From Cyanophora paradoxa CCMP329 (lineage: Eukaryota; Plantae; Glaucophyta), in NCBI GenBank assembly GCA_004431415.1, contig QPMI01000396.1, positions 1-64,000 on the forward strand: DNA of 64,000 bases, in the 5' to 3' direction. This document shows, in pieces, positions 59,589-64,000 of the stretch. Position 1 is the stretch's first letter, and each line of letters opens with the position of its first letter. The notes beneath the pieces were generated by a model. That model did not search any database and was not told the origin of the DNA. It saw only the letters and a list, made by a program, of their open reading frames with translations. The position numbers and the translations under genes are program-made.

Positions 59589-60608
59589 TTATGTGATACT
59601 TAGAAGTTCACCTGTGAAAAGTGTTCTACTTGAATAACTACCTGTGGAACCTGTGACAAGTGTTACATACTCACCAGCAGGAACATTGATAATTGCACTG
59701 AGAGTAAGAGGTTTGGTTGTGATAGTGGAATTAGCTTCTACTGAAATGTTAACTCCATTGGGTAAAAGATTATTTTTCAGAAAACTAAGACTTATTGCAG
59801 CACTTGTTGTTGAATTGGTATATGCTGTAAATCTATAATCACCTGCAACAGGAGCTGTAAACCTTCCATTAGTAACATCGAATGACCCTGTATTATTTAT
59901 CAAAACGGTTGTCCAATTGATCAGAGCGGCTGCACTTGTAGCAACATGAGTATATCCAAGTTGAACAGAAAATCGTGGCTGAGAAACATATTTTAAATAG
60001 CTTGAATTCAGAGTCAAACGATTGGCTTCCAGTGTTGCAAAAAGATCACTGTTACGTTTTAACAGCAGATTAACATCTGCTCCTGTATCTATTTCAGGAG
60101 TGACCACCTTGGTTGATGCTGTTATTATTGATTCTGTGGAATTGGGAATACTAATTCCAGCATTTGCTGTTACCAATCCTGTAAATGTGCTTGTTCCTGT
60201 TATGCTTACTTGATTGGCTGTAAGGGTTCCATCAATCCTTGCCCCATCTCCAATATAAGCGCCTCCACTTCTTACTACAAGAGCTGAGTTATTGATGGTG
60301 TTGTCAAAGGTAACAATCTTTGGTGTGGTGAACCCTCCCACATCATCATAAATTGCTGAATCTGATACAATCTGACCTGATTGAACTTGGTTCTTGTTTG
60401 AGACTATTAGACCTGTGGTTCTCACCTTGCCTGCATTTCGATCACATCGAATTTCTTTGCATCTGATCACAGAATGTTGAGAGAATGAATCGGCTCCTGT
60501 GGTCTCTGTGCAAATGAAACCTGGGGTAGCATCTGTTACTGTATGGTTGAGTTGATGCAATTTCGGCGCTGCATAACAGAAAACAGGAACAGCTATTTGT
60601 GTAGACAT
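59589..60608 (-). CDS. Fiber protein with C-terminal C1q/TNF-like domain, paralog 3
   Basis: Shared N-terminal domain; PRFSV...NNTGSFDVTNGRFTAPVAGDYRF...FTGELL. Confidence 0.85.
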   Translation of the reverse strand: MSTQIAVPVFCYAAPKLHQLNHTVTDATPGFICTETTGADSFSQHSVIRCKEIRCDRNAGKVRTTGLIVSNKNQVQSGQIVSDSAIYDDVGGFTTPKIVTFDNTINNSALVVRSGGAYIGDGARIDGTLTANQVSITGTSTFTGLVTANAGISIPNSTESIITASTKVVTPEIDTGADVNLLLKRNSDLFATLEANRLTLNSSYLKYVSQPRFSVQLGYTHVATSAAALINWTTVLINNTGSFDVTNGRFTAPVAGDYRFTAYTNSTTSAAISLSFLKNNLLPNGVNISVEANSTITTKPLTLSAIINVPAGEYVTLVTGSTGSYSSRTLFTGELLSIT

Positions 60609-60630
60609 TCTTTATATTATACAAACAAAA

Positions 60631-61695
60631 TTATATAGCACTTACCAGGTAAACCAACAAGATGTGATTGCTTGGAAAGTCAATACTACCTAACATACAG
60701 TAAATTTGAAGACTGTCTCCCATGGTGAGGGTAATAAGAGCTTCGTAGCACATCTGATTCCTGCTTGATTGACTTGCATATGAAAGAATCTGATTTGTAT
60801 TGTTTCCGTTTATTCTTAGTCCAATCTGGGTCAAGGAGGCAGTTGCAGTATTGTCTTCCGTAATTGTAAAATAGACCCTATAAACTCCTGAAACAGGGGC
60901 TGTAAATGTTGCTGGATACAGTTTGTCAAAATGACCCTCATTATTCACAAGATATGTTCCAACTGGAAAAGGAAGTGTTGGGGTGCCGGAACTAACACTT
61001 GTTCCAAAAATCTGAGCGTTTGCTTGTTGTCCTGAAATACACATTCTTGGGCAATAGCTGCGTTTAAGACCACTGTTTGTTGGAAATGTGATTGCTTTCA
61101 GATCTGTTATTGTCTTTTCGAGAGTGAAAATGATATCTCCGTTTCGTTTATAATTCACATTTGCATCTGTCCCATTATCCATCTCAGGTGCATTAACTCT
61201 TGTAGTAGCTATTCGAGTAACATAGTTAACATCTCCTGAGAGACCACCATTAAAGGTCATCAAACCTGTGAATGAACTTGTCCCATTCACATTCAATTGA
61301 TTTGCTGTAACAGTTCCTGCTACATTTGTCCCATCTCCAATGTAGGCACCACCACTCTTCACCACAAGAGCAGAAGTATTGCTTGTGTTACCAAAAGTAA
61401 TTATCTGTGCTGTGGTGAATCCACCCACATTATTATACACTGCTGAATCGGGAACTACTTGTCCTGCTTGAACTTGATTTTTATTCGAGATAATAATTCC
61501 TGTGGTTCTTATCTTGCCTCCATTTCGATCACATCGAATCTCTTTGACTCTGAGTATATTATTCTCTGTGAAAGACGTATTGCTTGAAGCTTCAGTGCAT
61601 ATATTCCCGGGTGTAGAGTCGACTACTTCATGAGAGGTGCTGTGTAGTGATTTCGCGGCAAGTTCATAGTTTGGGATTTCTAAAAGGGAGGTCAT
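60631..61695 (-). CDS. Fiber protein with C-terminal C1q-like domain, paralog 4 (likely start MTSLL at 61695)
   Basis: N-terminal half closely similar to paralog 3; NNEGHFD...TFTAPVSGVYRVYF. Confidence 0.85.
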   Translation of the reverse strand: MTSLLEIPNYELAAKSLHSTSHEVVDSTPGNICTEASSNTSFTENNILRVKEIRCDRNGGKIRTTGIIISNKNQVQAGQVVPDSAVYNNVGGFTTAQIITFGNTSNTSALVVKSGGAYIGDGTNVAGTVTANQLNVNGTSSFTGLMTFNGGLSGDVNYVTRIATTRVNAPEMDNGTDANVNYKRNGDIIFTLEKTITDLKAITFPTNSGLKRSYCPRMCISGQQANAQIFGTSVSSGTPTLPFPVGTYLVNNEGHFDKLYPATFTAPVSGVYRVYFTITEDNTATASLTQIGLRINGNNTNQILSYASQSSRNQMCYEALITLTMGDSLQIYCMLGSIDFPSNHILLVYLVSAI

Positions 61696-61714
61696 CTTTA
61701 TAATTACGAAATAG

Positions 61715-64000
61715 TTAAATTGCGACAGCAATGTAATGGATTGTTACAGTAATGCCTGGTCTGTCAAAAGAACTTAATGGAACTATTTCGAGCTCACACG
61801 TGAAATAGCTACTGTAAACTTGTTTAAGCCTAACATACATGCGGTAGTAGTAGGCTGTCTCATTGTGTTGTATACCGGTTGTTACAATAGGAGGGTTAGC
61901 AAAGCTGGTGTTGAAATAAATAGTGAGATTAAACCTATGGTCAGGGTTTGCCCATAGATAAGGAGTAGTGTAAGCATACGTCCCTGCTTGAAGCTTTCCA
62001 TTAAAATATGCATTGAATTGACTGGAAAGATCTGCCTCTGTAATACATCGACTGATGGTCGCATTATTTGAGGGGTTCATAGCATAGAAATTTCTTGCAT
62101 AGGCATTTCCACGAACAAGTAAGGTTTTATCAAAGTAATTCTGCGAATTGTGGAAGAACCATGTTTCTTCAAACATAGGTCCTGCTGGTTCTACAATCTG
62201 ACCTGATCCTACATACATTGTGTTGTTGGCTCTGATGGTGTTGGCTGTAAAGGGATCAAGAGTTGGTCTATTGGTCAGGTCATTGTAGTTGCCCGAAAAT
62301 AAAGCGGGTTTGTTATAGATATCTGTATTCCAATCATGAGTATGTGCAAAATCTGTAATATCTGCTTTGACATGAGTATGTGCAAAATCTGTAATCTCAC
62401 TCTTTACATGGGTGTGTGCAAAATCTGTTATCTCTGATTTAACATGAGTGTGGGCGAAATCTGTTATCTGTGACTTTGTGTGAGTGTGTGCAAAATCTGT
62501 GATCTCAGATTTAAAATGAGTATGGGCGAAATTTGTAATATCTGCTCTGGTGTGGGTGTGAGCAAAATCTGTTATCTGTGCTTTTGTGTGAGTGTGTGCG
62601 AAATCTGTGATCTCTGCTTTTGTGTGGGTATGTGCCCTGTTATTCAGATCAAGGAAGCTTCCCGAGAATGCTACTGGGTGCAGATTTGCAGCAGTAGGTT
62701 TGTTTAGAAGATCATTATAGTCTCCTGTGAAAGAGATGGTTTTCAGTTCACCCCTTCCTACATAATCAGAAGGTAGGTCAATCTTAATGGGCATAATAGC
62801 TGGATCAATAGGAATCTCGTACTCAGCTCCTGGGTGAACCACAGGAAAGGTTTGATCACTTTCAGTGTGAACAAAAAAGTTGTCAGCAGTCACTGTTCCA
62901 TCAATAGTCCCTCCTGTCAAGGGCAGGTAATTCCCAGTCACAGCTAGACCTGCAATAACTAAAGCGAGCTCTGTTTGATCTACATAGTTTTGTGCTTGAA
63001 GGTAATCCTCTGTGACCACTCTGGATATAGTGTCATTGTGAATGTTTTTTGCTGCTGCCCTTTGATTGATTTCTAAAAGTCCCTCCCCAACTCCACCATT
63101 ATAGTTTGTTTTGATCCAAGATATTTCACATCTCTTGTAATCATCTCTAATTCCTATGAGAGCATTAGGTAACAATCTTTCTCGAGTGAATATTAATTTC
63201 GGTCTTGATGAATCTAAATCACTCACATCAGTAACATTAATTTGAATTGCTGCATCTTTATCATCATAGTTTGCTGGATCAGATGGAAGCGATAATATTA
63301 AACTATCTGTCATTGGGATGTCATCAGCATAGTAACTGGTTAAATAGATACCTGGTTTGGTGTCCATCAACCCGAAGTTTCCGCCTGCTGCGATTATCTG
63401 CATCCGTGTAGGAGGTCTGATGAATAGCTCACCCTCCATTGTGGTTCCTGCATCAATTCCTTTACGATTCAGGTAAAATTCACTTAATCGTAATCTTTCT
63501 TCGATGTTAATATTTGGTAGAGACTCACACCATTTATCCCATCATTCATAACATTACCTGCTGATGCAAAAGTAGGCTGTAAATCGATTTCGTCCCAATT
63601 ATGCCTATGGTCTTCCGGCGGAAACTCAGGTGGAATTCCATCAATATCGCCCCAATCATGCCTGTGATCTTCAGGTGGATATTTCTCAGGTTTACCTAAG
63701 ATCTCATCCCAGTCATGGTTGTGATCCTCTGGTGGATATCTCGCTGGTTTGTTGTTGATTTGTTCCCAGTCAAGGTACATCTCGAAAATCTCAGGTTGTA
63801 AACCATCTGGCAATAATTCCTCATGGTGTTCATAAGGCTGCGCGTACTCAACAGCAGGAGGCTCGAGACCATCTGCTAAATATTCCTCATGGGTTCATAA
63901 TTCTGTTCATACTCATACTCTTGTGGATCTAAACCGTCGGGTAAATACTCTTCCTCATTTGGGTCGTATTGATCATACTCATACTCTTGCGGGTCGAAAC
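61715..64000 (-). CDS. Long tail-fiber-like protein with HxH repeats and lectin-like tip; interrupted by two apparent frameshifts (~63520, ~63892); 5' end outside window
   Basis: 8 x HTH.K..ITDFA plus HTHDW; YLPLTGGT; FSGNYNDL.N.P; PPEDH.HDW repeats; acidic EEYLPDG repeats; tip FNTSFANPPIV. Confidence 0.82.

Larger units (their letters stand above)
56800..64000 (-). mobile_element. Endogenous dsDNA viral element (Polinton-like virus / virophage / NCLDV-type), fiber-gene cluster; continues beyond window
   Basis: Abrupt shift to AT-rich DNA; intronless co-oriented genes with ~20-40 bp spacers; fiber motifs; terminal tandem array. No capsid or integrase gene in the window. Confidence 0.75.

Overview
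Eukaryotic (protist/algal-type) genomic DNA with short GT-AG introns, so the six-frame ORF track mostly shows exon fragments; the gene models below were spliced by eye. The window has three blocks. (1) 1 to ~52 kb: a very large Helentron/Helitron2-type rolling-circle element, or a cluster of them. It is centred on an intron-rich Rep(HUH)-PIF1 helicase-OTU gene (~14.2-23.8 kb) and surrounded by full-length spliced accessory genes: a Ulp1/SENP-type SUMO protease, a tandem SUMO-like-domain protein, an F-box/LRR protein ending in a SIM, a deoxynucleoside kinase, two inverted paralogous OB-fold (RPA/SSB-like) genes, a virus-type nucleotidyltransferase, a divergent histone H3 plus an H3 relic, and a SIM/SAM protein. 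GC-skewed spacers, a ~125-bp satellite and a tRNA-like Pol III repeat separate the modules. (2) ~52-56 kb: host-like DNA with a GC3-rich, 9-intron, probably myristoylated EF-hand gene. (3) ~56.8 kb to the end: an AT-rich, intronless, tightly packed minus-strand cluster of viral fiber genes (shared N-terminal domain, C1q heads, HxH repeats, a phage-type tail-associated protein) behind a 57-bp tandem array, probably the end of an endogenous Polinton-like virus, virophage or NCLDV. The best candidate for a new system is the giant Helentron carrying its own SUMO/ubiquitin/chromatin and nucleotide-metabolism toolkit. The left end of that element and the core genes of the virus lie outside the window, and all family calls come from motif recognition without database searches.
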